A DNA stretch of 64,000 nucleotides. Source: Glycera tridactyla (lineage: Eukaryota). The position numbers and the translations under genes are program-made. The notes under the pieces are model-generated. The model ran no database searches. It was given only the letters and a program-made list of their open reading frames with translations, and had not been told where the DNA came from. The DNA is taken from NCBI GenBank assembly GCA_965644265.1, contig OZ286472.1, positions 27,962,001 through 28,026,000 on the forward strand, written 5' to 3'. Shown piece by piece: positions 52,185 to 63,256 of this stretch. How positions within the stretch are numbered: the first letter of the stretch is position 1; the number at the start of each line of letters is the position of its first letter.

Positions 52185-53434
52185 GGTTGTGTGTATGTCA
52201 ATTGACATCAGCAAAATCCTCCAAAGGATCAACCAAAATTATGAATGACTGCTTTTTTCATGACAACTGAATGCCAGTGCAGTAGAAATACTAACAGAAA
52301 CATAACCACTTGCCTGCAAATTCAGTTCGAAATACAAACAAGTAATGATTGCATCCAATTCAGGTACCCATTCATAGAGATGCACCCTTCAGATCATAAA
52401 ATATCATATACCTGGTAGGTACTTCCAAAGGGATTAGACCTGAATGACCTGATTAAATCCCATGATATTCCCACCCCACAGAAATTGCAATATCAGTTTG
52501 AAACATGAATTAGAGCCATGTGAACACTGTTTTGTTTCTTTGTCTTATGTTATTTTGTTATTGTTTTGTTATTTTGTTTGAGAATACAACTGAGTACAAT
52601 ACATTTTATCCATCTTCAGGTTGATGGGAATAACTAATATATGCCGAAGTGAACACCCGATAGGCTTTATGATAATGTAGTACTTTAGCATAATCTGACT
52701 CTATCGAACTGGAACATTTCGAGAAAGAAAAGTGTATAATGATGACACTGGGAGGATGCATCTCTTTGAAATTTCGGGGTACACTTTGTCCATTATCAGG
52801 TACGAATACAAAAGATGATAACAAAAGCTGCGAACACTATTTACTATCAAAATATCTTATGCTACCATGAATGCAACCTTCCACTCAGTAATGATCCATC
52901 CATCCAATACCCAGCTGGAACTATGAATGTGTATTTGACATTCCAGTCTAATAAGTTGATTCCTTTTTCTGTTATCAACAATGTCTGACAAAATGAAATT
53001 ACTCGAACTTCCCAACATCCTCTCCACTTTGACAGTTGGTCTCGGATTAAAAAATTGTCCACTGGAATTGCACAAAAACAAATTTTTCCATCTGACATCA
53101 GACTGACATTTATTGGCTTGACGCTGATATCAGGAGCTGATACCAGTCTTCTTGGAAGACAGATACATATTTTTTGTACACATCCAGATAGTCAACTATG
53201 AAAGTTATTCTCACACAATCTTGAGGTAACACTGCGTTCAGTGTGTTGCGTCTCACTGACACAAAGCTGACAGAAAGTATGTCCCAATCCTCTTTGGGTC
53301 CTCTATGCAGCCTTCAGCAGCTCTGTGTCTTACCAAATCAGTTTCCAGCTGGGTTAGGATACAGAAAGCTAATCTGGGATGCGGGTTACAAGAAGTGGTA
53401 AAATAATGGCGAGTTTCATGAGAGAGATACTTAC

Positions 53435-53615
53435 AAGTTACAGCGTAATACTGTATTTTGAATCCAACATAGCGGATGGATTCAGTGGGACCGGGCAGGA
53501 ATTTGAGGAAGACGTTGTTTCCGATGGTCGCTAGGACAGGCCGCGTCCAACCACCACGCGTATATTGTGGCAGACCACCGAGTAATGGAGAAGTCTCGTT
53601 CCGACCATTATGAAT
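53435..53615 (-). CDS. Exon (181 nt, phase 0 to 1) encoding the C-terminal half of a CUB domain
   Basis: Acceptor tctgtttgttacAG, donor GTaagt. Translates IHNGRNETSPLLGGLPQYTRGGWTRPVLATIGNNVFLKFLPGPTESIRYVGFKIQYYAVT, matching the CUB pattern IxxG.S..SPLLG...GNxVxLxF...GFxIxY. Could belong to the same gene as the left-hand exons or to a tandem paralog. Confidence 0.88.
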
Positions 53616-56079
53616 CTGTAACAAACAGATATGTTTCGATGTAATTTCTCAATTTGACTATCACTACTCTGTCGCAGATAGATTTTGCCTTACAGTCAAA
53701 TTTGTCCTGAGCGAGACTATTAGCAAGAAGCAATAGGATTCTATTCATTCATCTGTCCAGGGTGTGTTTCACTATATATTCAACCTGTATCAAGCATGAA
53801 CTTATTTCAAGCAGGGTTTTGTCACATTCCTTGGCTTCAGCTAAGAACAAGTTTGACAGTACCGGTATATTTCAGTCTGATCATGATGAATCTGTAACAG
53901 CAATCATGAGTTGATGGCACATGTCATTCCAATCATAATGACTCGGTAGACAATAGATATGTGTTGAAGGAACTGGTCATAGTAAAATGGGTTGAAGCGT
54001 TGGCCCCCGTCTATCCATTATGATGCTGAAATAATTAGTAATCAACATCTGATAACTGGAAAAGGCCAGATCTATTTCCAGTTGACAGTGTGTGATTGTG
54101 GGCACTCACATGCCTGAGCTGATTCATGTATTAGAGGAAGCATGATGTTATGGTCACTGTATTTGCCTGATACCAAGACATTCATGAAGAAAAAAATTAA
54201 CTGAATTGATCAGAGGTAATAGTTATATCACTGGAGAGCATGTAATGATTTTTGGGCATTGTATGACCATAGATGTGTTTGACTGTGTGATGTGTGGGGA
54301 GGTCCATATAAATTAAAAACAAAAATATGCGATCAGGTAATGATCATTAACAACATCAATATCTGTTTTAAAAACATTCACTCTTATCAAACCAGTGAAA
54401 TATTTCACATGAGAGGTTCTCCAGAAAAATCTACTTGAAATCCAGGTCTTTGATCTTCCTCCTTATATGGGACATATGACTGATAGAATGTAATGGGATG
54501 GATAGAAATAACATTTAATAGAGAAACTGTCACAGGAGCCAAGGTGTAAGTGAATGCCAATAATTAGTACTGTTAACTAGATAAACACCATCCAAGACTC
54601 TCCCACTGGAGGAGGTGATGAAGATGAGAGCTGGCTAGTTGTTTTCCTACCCACCCTGACTGGAGAGTGGAGTTAAGAGCCACCTCTAGATGGCAGTGTT
54701 TATGTCTGCAGTGAAGTAGCTCGACTTGTTAACAGGCTCAAGAGACATACGTCAATATATAGATTTGCAGACAGCATCCTCTGTGCCTCGAAATAACCTC
54801 AGCACTTAGCAGTCACTGCATACATATGCATGAATGCACACAAGCATATACACATCGAGGAAGGCCAACCTGAATAATGACTATCCCCGGCCGAGAATCA
54901 AACAGAATGTCATTGGGGTTTGTATGACAACCAAGTAAACATTTGGCAATGGATTATAGTCTGTTTTCTAAGATATATGCCATCCTTGGGTTTTCTCTGA
55001 CTATAGCTGGAGCCAGATATTGGGCCAAGTCTGCACCTCCAGTGTGATCACTGATTGCAGGTTGTTGCACTATCTTGCTAGTACTGGAATTCAATGAGGT
55101 TTGTCAGAGACTAATTGCACCATGCATTTTCACAAAAATTCACAATAATGACATTCCCTCACCTAATTCAGATTTCTCACCTTCTCTGTATTGAGATGCA
55201 CGAAATGCCAAAATATGATAACCAACTTCGAGTTATTAATGCTTGCCAAATTCCAAACATTCTAGCATACTGGCAGAGGAATTTCATTCCAAAATTTTGC
55301 AAAATGACCGCACCAATTTCCACCAAGAGGTAGCTTCATTTCTAAGTGTAATTTTCTAGTTGAAGTATGTCCTGAAAAATTAGCCCTCTTCTCTGTAGGT
55401 GAACCGAATTAGGGGTCATAAGCCATAACAATACTTGAGAAAGTTTTTCTATATACTGGGGTGTTTCCAGACCTTTATTTCAAATCAAATTTGTATTAAG
55501 CTGGATAGGCTATAGTCACAATTAATCCACCGGCAATGGCCAGTTACTAAATGTTCTCTGAACTGATATGGTCTATCCTTAATGGTTGTAGGTCAGAATC
55601 AAGAGTGAATATATATGTCAGCAAACCCCAGGAGGGCAATACCCTTGCCACTGGGCACAGCTGAGCCAACATAGCTTATGACCTCAGGGAGTCAGGGATC
55701 CCCTTCAAGAGACTGGCACAGCTGAACTTGGCCCCTAAATGTGTGGACTCCACATCGACATAAAACTTGGCAACCTTGATCATATCACTCCAAAGGAAGA
55801 ATGTAAGATGCAAAAGTGTGCACGAGTTGAAGCAAGAAATTGTAACTGATTTGGGACCGAAAGGTCATTATCTCACAAGCAATACAGGTGAGTTGGTCTC
55901 GCCTATAAGTCCACCCCCTTCATTTGGACAGAAAAGATGATACAATTTAAAAAAAAAATTGTGCAATTTAGAGATGTTGTGATATGTTTTGACATGTTTT
56001 GTTATGCTTTAATGTAATAAAGAATCAGTATTCATGTGCAGTAAATATATATATATGTGTCCATTTTTACATCTCACTC

Positions 56080-56375
56080 ACAGACCCTGTCTACAAAGGA
56101 CAACCCCTGATATAGGCAACTTTCAGCCCCAGCCGTGAGTGGCCTTTATGAGCAGGCTTGACTGTAGTGAAATCTGTGGTGAGAGACCAATTCAAATGTC
56201 ACCAAAATGCAGTACTTGTCTTGGGAGACCCCTCTTTTGGGAGACCACCCTCTAATGGGAGACTGCTCTTTATCGGCTCTTCTCTATTTTATATAGTCAA
56301 ATATACCTCCAATAAGAGACCACCTGTCTTGAGAGATCACTTTTTGTTGGCATTCTCATGCACAGGAATTTTTGA
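56080..56375. mobile_element. Two abutting MITE remnants sharing a TA (56165-56166)
   Basis: ..gtggcctttatgagcaggcttgactg-TA-gtgaaatctgtggtgagagacc.., followed by gagaccacc repeats. Confidence 0.6.
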
Positions 56376-56617
56376 CTTGACTCAGAATCAGGGTAGAACT
56401 GGTGAAAGATTGAGAGTCAAGGATGTAACACTCTGAGGTCAAGGGCCACTTTCTGTGACAGTCATGAGTCAAACTTTAGGGCATGCCTAGATCAACTTTC
56501 GTGGCACAAAAACTTTCTCATTACGAATATTTAAAACGATCAATTAGGAGTATATCTTGTGACAATGAACACGATGTGACGGTTAATGATGACTATAGGA
56601 ATCATGTCAGTTTGGTA

Positions 56618-56939
56618 TAGTGTTGGCAATCAGTTGCATTTTGAGAATCGATTATCGGTCAGCCCAACTGATTGATTATCAATTAATAATACGTATACAC
56701 AGGTGTATGCAGAGCAGTCTCCGAGGGTATAGGTTTTTTGGGGGTGGAGCAAGATGACAGCATTTTGTCTTCACAGGAAATGCATAGCTTTTTTCATCAA
56801 AAAGGATGGATTTTCCACTGAAATATATGTGCTGACTGTGTTACGATTCAATCGTTTCCACATCTCTGCAATCGATTGTCTATATGGCCACCAAGATCGA
56901 TCAATAACCAGGGATTAATCGATAATCGTGACACCACTA
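56618..56939. mobile_element. hAT-type MITE with perfect 8-bp TSD
   Basis: GTTTGGTA at 56610-56617 and 56940-56947. Termini tagtgttggca / cgtgacaccacta. Internal aatcgat(t/a)at repeats. Confidence 0.85.
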
Positions 56940-57095
56940 GTTTGGTAGAGGTAATGTTGCAAATGAGATGAACTGAGGAAACAAAAATTTAAACTTGGCT
57001 TTCGACTATGTATTGGCCATTTGTCAGTGTTCCCTGTCAATTTGAGCTAATTACCACCTAACGACTGGATTTGAGCCAATGTAGCACACACTTAC

Positions 57096-57211
57096 CCTAC
57101 TTCCTCATCCGACTTTCTGTATTCAAACCCTACAGAACCTATCAATCTCAATTTTGGATCCCCATTGAGATTCTCCCTGATGTCCAAAATTAAATACATC
57201 ACTGATTTCAT
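57096..57211 (-). other. Candidate first exon (possible short coding part, or 5' UTR) of the minus-strand transcript
   Basis: Strong donor gtagg|GTAAGT at 57095 just downstream of a CpG-rich block. ATG at 57211 opens MKSVMYLILDIRENLNGDPKLRLIGSVGFEYRKSDEEV to the donor (phase 2). No signal peptide, so coding status is doubtful. Confidence 0.35.
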
Positions 57212-57312
57212 GGAAGAGCAGCAAAAGCAAAACAAGAAATTTCTTCAAAAAGAAGAATGGTCGTCGATTTACAGTGGAGAGGTGGTAATTTGAAGGGGAA
57301 AATGCATAAAAT

Positions 57313-57375
57313 GGAGAGAGAGAGAGAGAGAGAGACAGAGGGGGGGGGGGGGAGAAAGAGAGAGAAAGAGAGAGC
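57313..57375. repeat. (GA)n/(G)n tract in the candidate 5' UTR
   Basis: Seen directly. Confidence 0.9.
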
Positions 57376-57399
57376 CTGACATTTTGGCCAGGAGCAAGT

Positions 57400-57610
57400 T
57401 TGGCTCGGTGACAATCGTCGACAATTGTTCGCTTCTCAACGCCCACGAAATCGGCTCCTTCGTGGTGTATACGGTTTGGCAATCTTCGGCCACGGATAGC
57501 GAATTATTATGGGATAGACCGACACCTCATTTGCATACGCTGATAAGACGTCACGGAGGGGGTTTCTCCGCGAATGGGGCTCTCTTTATCCGCCGTGAGT
57601 CGCTTTTAGT
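57400..57610. promoter_or_regulatory. CpG-rich promoter-like region
   Basis: 21 CpGs counted in about 200 bp against a CpG-poor background. Contains octamer ATTTGCAT (57529-57536), GATA site TGATAAG (57541-57547) and CRE-like GACGTCA (57547-57553). Lies directly upstream of the candidate first exon. Confidence 0.55.
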
Positions 57611-58861
57611 AATATATTTTTCATTTCAAACGTTCTCACACAGTCAGTAATCTTCGATATCCGAATTTAGCAATGTTTCACGCAAAGACTACTGTTTCTC
57701 ACACATTTCACACATTTTTCAAGCAGTTTCGATTCAATTATGATGATCAAATAGCAATCGTTTACAAATGGTAGCCCACGGAAGATGTGTGTTTAACATG
57801 GTCAAATTACGGCGGATGACTCCATAAAATGAACGATAGTAATGTCTAGATTGAGTGGGAATCCCAAAGTGAAAATAGTACCGTCTCCGACGGAAAAACA
57901 TGATACCTCCTCATGAATATAAATTTTGGCTTGAATCTTAAATCTGTCTCTTGCAATGTCCACTGAACAAAATGCCAACTTTTGGATTGATTGAGTATAA
58001 TTCAACATTTCTTCCGACTGAGATGGATTATGTGAGATTGAGAGATCAGTTCATCTTCTAGTAGAATAGTAGAACTGAAAAAAAGGTGTCATCCTGCTCA
58101 TCATATATCCATCATCATCCTTCTGATCAGCATACGTGTATAATAGAGTACAAAAATAACATTGTACACCTCATTTTATTATCTGATATGCTTAGTCACA
58201 GGTGAATAAAGGCTTGTGTCCGTCACATACAGAGGAGTTGTATATTATCTCGTGATTCGGGCCTACGAGGCACTCGTGGCCTCTGGACACTCGTGCCTCG
58301 CACGGCCTCAACCACTCAACGTATAGCCAGCACAGAATCAACCATTTAATTCCTTGATTTACTGAGAAATCATTATCATGGCTCATGAATTTTCAGCCTA
58401 ATACCTAATAAAATCAAAGCCACTAGTATGAAAGGCTATGCCTATCTGTATCAGATCCCAAGCAACTCTATTATGTATCATCCATCTATGATAGAAGGAG
58501 GAAGTATTGTTTCCACTAATAGCCACCAGATGTCGCTCTAACCAGTGGGCACCTCACTTGCTTTCAATGTATGTTCTGAAAATGTGAACGAAGTGAAGAG
58601 TCAAATTATCTACTGCCATAATGGACACTATTCATCCTATTCCGAAGTAATTTTGGTATATTCAACAAAAAGTGGACTTATTTATTGTTTCAGTCCTGCT
58701 GTATGTTCAGTTAGAAGGTGGCATAATGAAGATGAATGGCCATGAGATGGAAAACGTGCATGTGTCTCCTCCCTGGAGTGAAATAGGTGTCATACTATCC
58801 TGGAAATGACGGATAGGGGCATATGGGTGGGACTCATCCATCTAGAAAAATAATGAAGATA

Positions 58862-58980
58862 CAGTGAAACCTTCAACAACAAATGCTGCCGAAAAGTGGT
58901 CTCTCAAGATAGGTGGCCTCTCGTCGGAGGTATCCTGCAAAAGCGGTCTCCCATCAGAGGTGGTCTCCCATCAGAGGAGG
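58862..58980. mobile_element. Family A MITE fragment
   Basis: TA-cagtgaaacc..aaaagtggtctctcaagataggtggcctctcgtcggaggtat..ggtctcccatcagaggtgg. Confidence 0.65.
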
Positions 58981-59087
58981 CAATGACAATTGCCGCCCAA
59001 TATCATATACTATGAATATTGCATACTTTTGGATATCAGCACAAAAAGAGGTTGGAAATATTCAATGAAATGTGCAACACACAATTA

Positions 59088-59360
59088 CCTTGAATTTCTC
59101 AAAATTTGGTTCTCTCAAAATTCTCAACATTTTCTATTGACAATCAACAATTTCTTTTGAAAGATTCCTCACTTGGTCATTCTAGAAACAAATTCAATGC
59201 AGATTCCATCACGGTTCAATTAAAGCAATCATCTTGAATTTCTCAAAATTTTGTTTGCTCAAAATAGAAAAACATCTGACCTGTGAAGAATTCAAATGAT
59301 TCATCGTCATAGGATTTTCACTTGGTCATTCTAGGAACGAAGTTGATGCAGATTCCATCA
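59088..59360. repeat. Diverged tandem duplication, period about 150 bp
   Basis: cttgaatttctcaaaattt..ctcaaaa and cacttggtcattctag.aac.aa.t..atgcagattccatca each occur twice. Confidence 0.8.
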
Positions 59361-60562
59361 TATCTAAAATATGATGCTCAACAGGCTGCATGAATACTCT
59401 AGATACAAGGGAAGATTAAAAACGCACTCCTGATGACAATGCATTTTATTTGATGGCGAAAGCGATCCTTTTGTTTTTGAATAATTGATGGCTGGGATGG
59501 TGGGCCTGGAAGTACAATTTACCGATTGAATTAATTCATCACTTGATGATTTTATAATGGATGAGCGGCTAGCATGTCGGACAAAGCTGGCACGCAATAA
59601 CACTGTCTCCACACAATCATTTCTTCCAGTATCTACACACCGGGTTTCACTCTCAACTCATCAATCCTCGTGTTTGGTTCCCGAGAATGAATTCATGATT
59701 TTGAATGAGCAAACAATAGACCATTCCCTCACAACCAACAAGTGATTTTGTTTGTTTGTTTGAGGTTTAATGGCATGTATCAACCCTAGGGTTATGAAAC
59801 AGTATTCCATATTCTGAGAGGTTTGATAACAGCAAATTCTCTCTCTCAACGGGTAGTCTTTTGCCAGATGACTTTCAATTTCTGCTGTAAGGGAAAGGTA
59901 GCAGAGATTTTTCATTAACATGTCAGTCACTGCATGGACAGAAAACATACACAGTTGAACCGGTTTAAAGAAACCATCTGTTTGGGAAGGCGAAAATTGA
60001 CTATTTGGGGGCTGCTCAAGGCAAGTGAGTCATCGTGGGGGGAAAAACCCTCAATGGGAAATTTTGAATTGGCTGCTTAGTACACAGACTGCTCTGGACA
60101 GATTCAACTGTTCCAAATTCGGCCATAAGGTACTTCCAACTTGTGAGCAGGCATTGAAAAGAAGACACATATATCTGGACAAAACTTCTTCAATGAGCAC
60201 AAACCCAATGGCCGATATTGGGTAATATTGAATGAAGTTTGGATTTTGTACATGTCAGCTGTGCTCTTCGTCACAACTGGCTGTCTGAATGATGGAAAGA
60301 TGTTTATTCTGGATATTCTGATTGTTTTTTTCATCAGTAAATAATAGTGATGGATGATAATCCAGACTGTGGCAATACATCCGTAGTGTGCCATTATAAG
60401 TGCTGTAGGGGCGAATGAAAGATGCAAAGTGATCGACTTAACAAATGGCAGATGCAATTTGTGGGAGAAGTCACACTCTCATCATGTTTTCACTTTGCAT
60501 TTCTGTTATGAGGAAAGCAAAGAGATTTTGCCATTAATTCAAGAGATCAAGCTAAATGTCAT

Positions 60563-60640
60563 CAAAAGTGGTCTTCCAAAAGAGGTGTCTGATGTCGGAG
60601 GTCTCCCATGAGAGGGGGTCTCTCACTGCAGGTTTCACTA
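60563..60640. mobile_element. Family A MITE 3' fragment
   Basis: aaaagtggtcttccaaaagaggtg..ggtctctcactgcaggtttcacta. Confidence 0.6.
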
Positions 60641-61318
60641 CATGCTGTATACCATATTGAGTGATGTTTTGTTCATCAGTATCAGTGTAAATGGGATGTG
60701 ATCATCCTGTCACTTCAAAGAATACATACTGGTTGAACATCATAAACCATTCACATAATGATATCTATGTACAATTATACCAAATCCAAATGATTTGGCA
60801 CCTATGCCTTTTGGCGTAACCAACTCATTGAAATGTCTCAAGACTTTGGTCTGCTACTGCAGTGGATTGAAACGAGTGCCTGAAAAACTTCAATGAAGTG
60901 ATATTTCAGTTCAGTCTAATCAGTAATTTGTGGCAAGTATTCCATCAACATCTATCACTAAAACCTGGAACAACTACATGCTCAGTACAGGTGAACTGAA
61001 CTGGAAAATCCATGTCTTGATCGATCGTTTACGTGGCAACAAAAGTGGGAAGGGGATCTTCTTCATCTCCTCACGTTTAAGTTCTCCGCTTACTGTTTTC
61101 GTTTCGGGAGTGGTTGTTGCCACTTAGTATATGGGGGGGAGATAAACTCTTCTTATTTCGAGACGGGACTGGTGAAAAAACAACTGAGATGACCTAAAGT
61201 ACATCATCAAAATTCTGAAGATGTATGGAAAGTGCTGATATATGGAAGTACGCATGGACGGCACGGGCAACGGTGAATCTGAATCTTTATCTATCGTTAA
61301 TACACAAAGTGACAATTC

Positions 61319-63256
61319 GTGCTCGCACTGTCTACCCCACCTGAATCAGGAATACATCTACGGCATAGTTTATCGCGTAAAAGGGTCTTTGACACGATCC
61401 AAGCCGAGCAATCGACACCAAAAAGGCCCACTTCGAACGATAGAATCACTGGTTCTACACGTAGAAGGCTACAAGCAAATGCCTTGAGAGACTCAGATTC
61501 GCGAGAAAACGTTGGAGGAAATTCGTATTTACTCTGTGATTCCATCCCAGAGGACTTTTCGAGCAAATCGCTTGTGTACAGTGACGAATCATCTGGTAGT
61601 GAGTCTACACTTGTAGATACTGATCGATGTGAGAGGTTTCAACCTGTGAAACAGCGACCACCCCCGGGATTTGGGGAAATACCATCAACATCGACTAAGA
61701 GAGAGGAGAATTCTACAAGCCAAACCTGTGATAATTTCCCGGGTGACACTTTAGTATCTGCTAACTCTCCCAGTAATTATACTGATTCCCTCGAAGATTT
61801 TATACTGAGATCCCAGAGCACACCTCGGTATAGGGACCAATTGGAAGTATCTGCTCGAGAGTTTTTCCACGAAGAATCTGCCATTCCTGCCAGTGACTCT
61901 AGTGTATACGACGAAATATCTGGTTTATTTGCTGAAGCATCCAACCCTTCTTCTAGGAGGAGATCATTTTATCAATTAGAAAGTGACATTTCAGATCTCC
62001 AGAAGAAATTTTATAGAGAAATTGAAGAGCCACCAAGTATCCCAGAAGACTGGCCTTTTGATTCTGAGAATAATTGGTTTGCATGTGTGAATAGTGACTC
62101 CAGGTCCTCCATAAATAGTATCAAGTCAGAGGTGCTGAAATCAATATCAGAAAGTAACCTCGACCAGCAGAGCCCCTCTGTAAAAATGTCTCAAATACAA
62201 ATTGATCCAGATCAACTCATGAATCTTTTCAACACAGCCTCTAAAAGGATGGTGTCTTCTGAAGAACATAAATCCTCAATGGTTGATATTGTAACAGAGG
62301 TTCTCTCTACCACCGAAAAAAGAATTGAGGATGTTGAGATGTCATTGAGAGCTCAAACTCAAAAACACAATGCTATGTCAGACTGGATTGCTGATGTGTC
62401 GGCTAATGTTAAGAGTTTAGAATCCAAATATGCTAATCCTGACATTATGTTGAGCACCATGGAGGCTTCTATTAAGAAAATAGCACTTAAATGTGATGCT
62501 ACATGCAATCAGTCCAAACAAGTATCTGAACTAGATGCAAAGGTCCAATTGATCTCAACACAATTGAATGAATTATCAAGTGATATGAATGGTATCAAAA
62601 GGATGAATGATGGTGATATGACTGAAAAGCTGAAAGATGCATGGGTAAAGCTTGATAAGGTTGATAAGGTTGCGAGAGATGTCGAAAATAGAGCAAGTGC
62701 TGTGCCACAACAACAACTGGGTGCCCTGACTGAGAAAGTGAGACAATTGGAATCAACATCCAATCAGAAATACCTGGTATTTGATGGTGTCCCGGAGGCA
62801 CAGAATGAAAATACTCCTGAATTGCTTGTTAATACTGTTGGTGTGCTATTGAGACCTCAATTGAGGCTAGCTGACATTGAAAATGCCAGGAGAATTGGTA
62901 GATTGTCAAATAGACCAAGAACAATTCTGGTGGAGTTTGTGCATACTAGCAAAAGCCAATCTGTGTACCAAGGGAAAATGGAGCTTGCCAGACTCAAAAC
63001 CCAGTTTTATATTGGTGAATACCTGTCCAAGGAAATTGCACATCTATTTTTTCTGGCCAGGCAATTAAGGGGTGAAGGGAAAGCACTTTCAAGGGCATGG
63101 ACTTTCAGGGGACAAGTTTTTGTTGCTAAAGGAAAAAATGCTAGAGGAACCCCTGTTAATTCTGAAAGGGAATTGAATGAATTCATACGTATTGGAGTTG
63201 ATATTATTGAACAGCCACCAAATATGAACCCTCCACAGCAGATGCAGACAAATTAA
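61319..63256 (+). CDS. Non-LTR retrotransposon ORF1p (Ser/acidic N-terminus, coiled coil, RRM/CTD)
   Basis: 645-codon open frame with a heptad-rich middle and C-terminal LVFDGVPE..DIENARRIG..RPRTILVEF..FYIGEYLSKE..LFFLARQL..AWTFRGQVFV, typical of LINE ORF1p. Followed by an APE ORF2. The annotated start is GTG (see findings). Confidence 0.9.
   Translation: MLALSTPPESGIHLRHSLSRKRVFDTIQAEQSTPKRPTSNDRITGSTRRRLQANALRDSDSRENVGGNSYLLCDSIPEDFSSKSLVYSDESSGSESTLVDTDRCERFQPVKQRPPPGFGEIPSTSTKREENSTSQTCDNFPGDTLVSANSPSNYTDSLEDFILRSQSTPRYRDQLEVSAREFFHEESAIPASDSSVYDEISGLFAEASNPSSRRRSFYQLESDISDLQKKFYREIEEPPSIPEDWPFDSENNWFACVNSDSRSSINSIKSEVLKSISESNLDQQSPSVKMSQIQIDPDQLMNLFNTASKRMVSSEEHKSSMVDIVTEVLSTTEKRIEDVEMSLRAQTQKHNAMSDWIADVSANVKSLESKYANPDIMLSTMEASIKKIALKCDATCNQSKQVSELDAKVQLISTQLNELSSDMNGIKRMNDGDMTEKLKDAWVKLDKVDKVARDVENRASAVPQQQLGALTEKVRQLESTSNQKYLVFDGVPEAQNENTPELLVNTVGVLLRPQLRLADIENARRIGRLSNRPRTILVEFVHTSKSQSVYQGKMELARLKTQFYIGEYLSKEIAHLFFLARQLRGEGKALSRAWTFRGQVFVAKGKNARGTPVNSERELNEFIRIGVDIIEQPPNMNPPQQMQTN

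Noticed and set aside
52606-53098. Three overlapping minus ORFs with CUB-like words next to the live exon
   Set aside because: No consistent frame or splice sites, and no domain could be assigned.
57802-58008. 68-aa ORF as the missing CUB N-half exon
   Set aside because: Lacks the CUB Cys/Trp pattern, has a weak donor, and lies upstream of the promoter-like region.
59364-60457. Minus ORFs with CUB- or LRR-like words (GSLSP..ECVF; NLEQLNLS)
   Set aside because: No splice borders and conflicting frames. Insufficient support.
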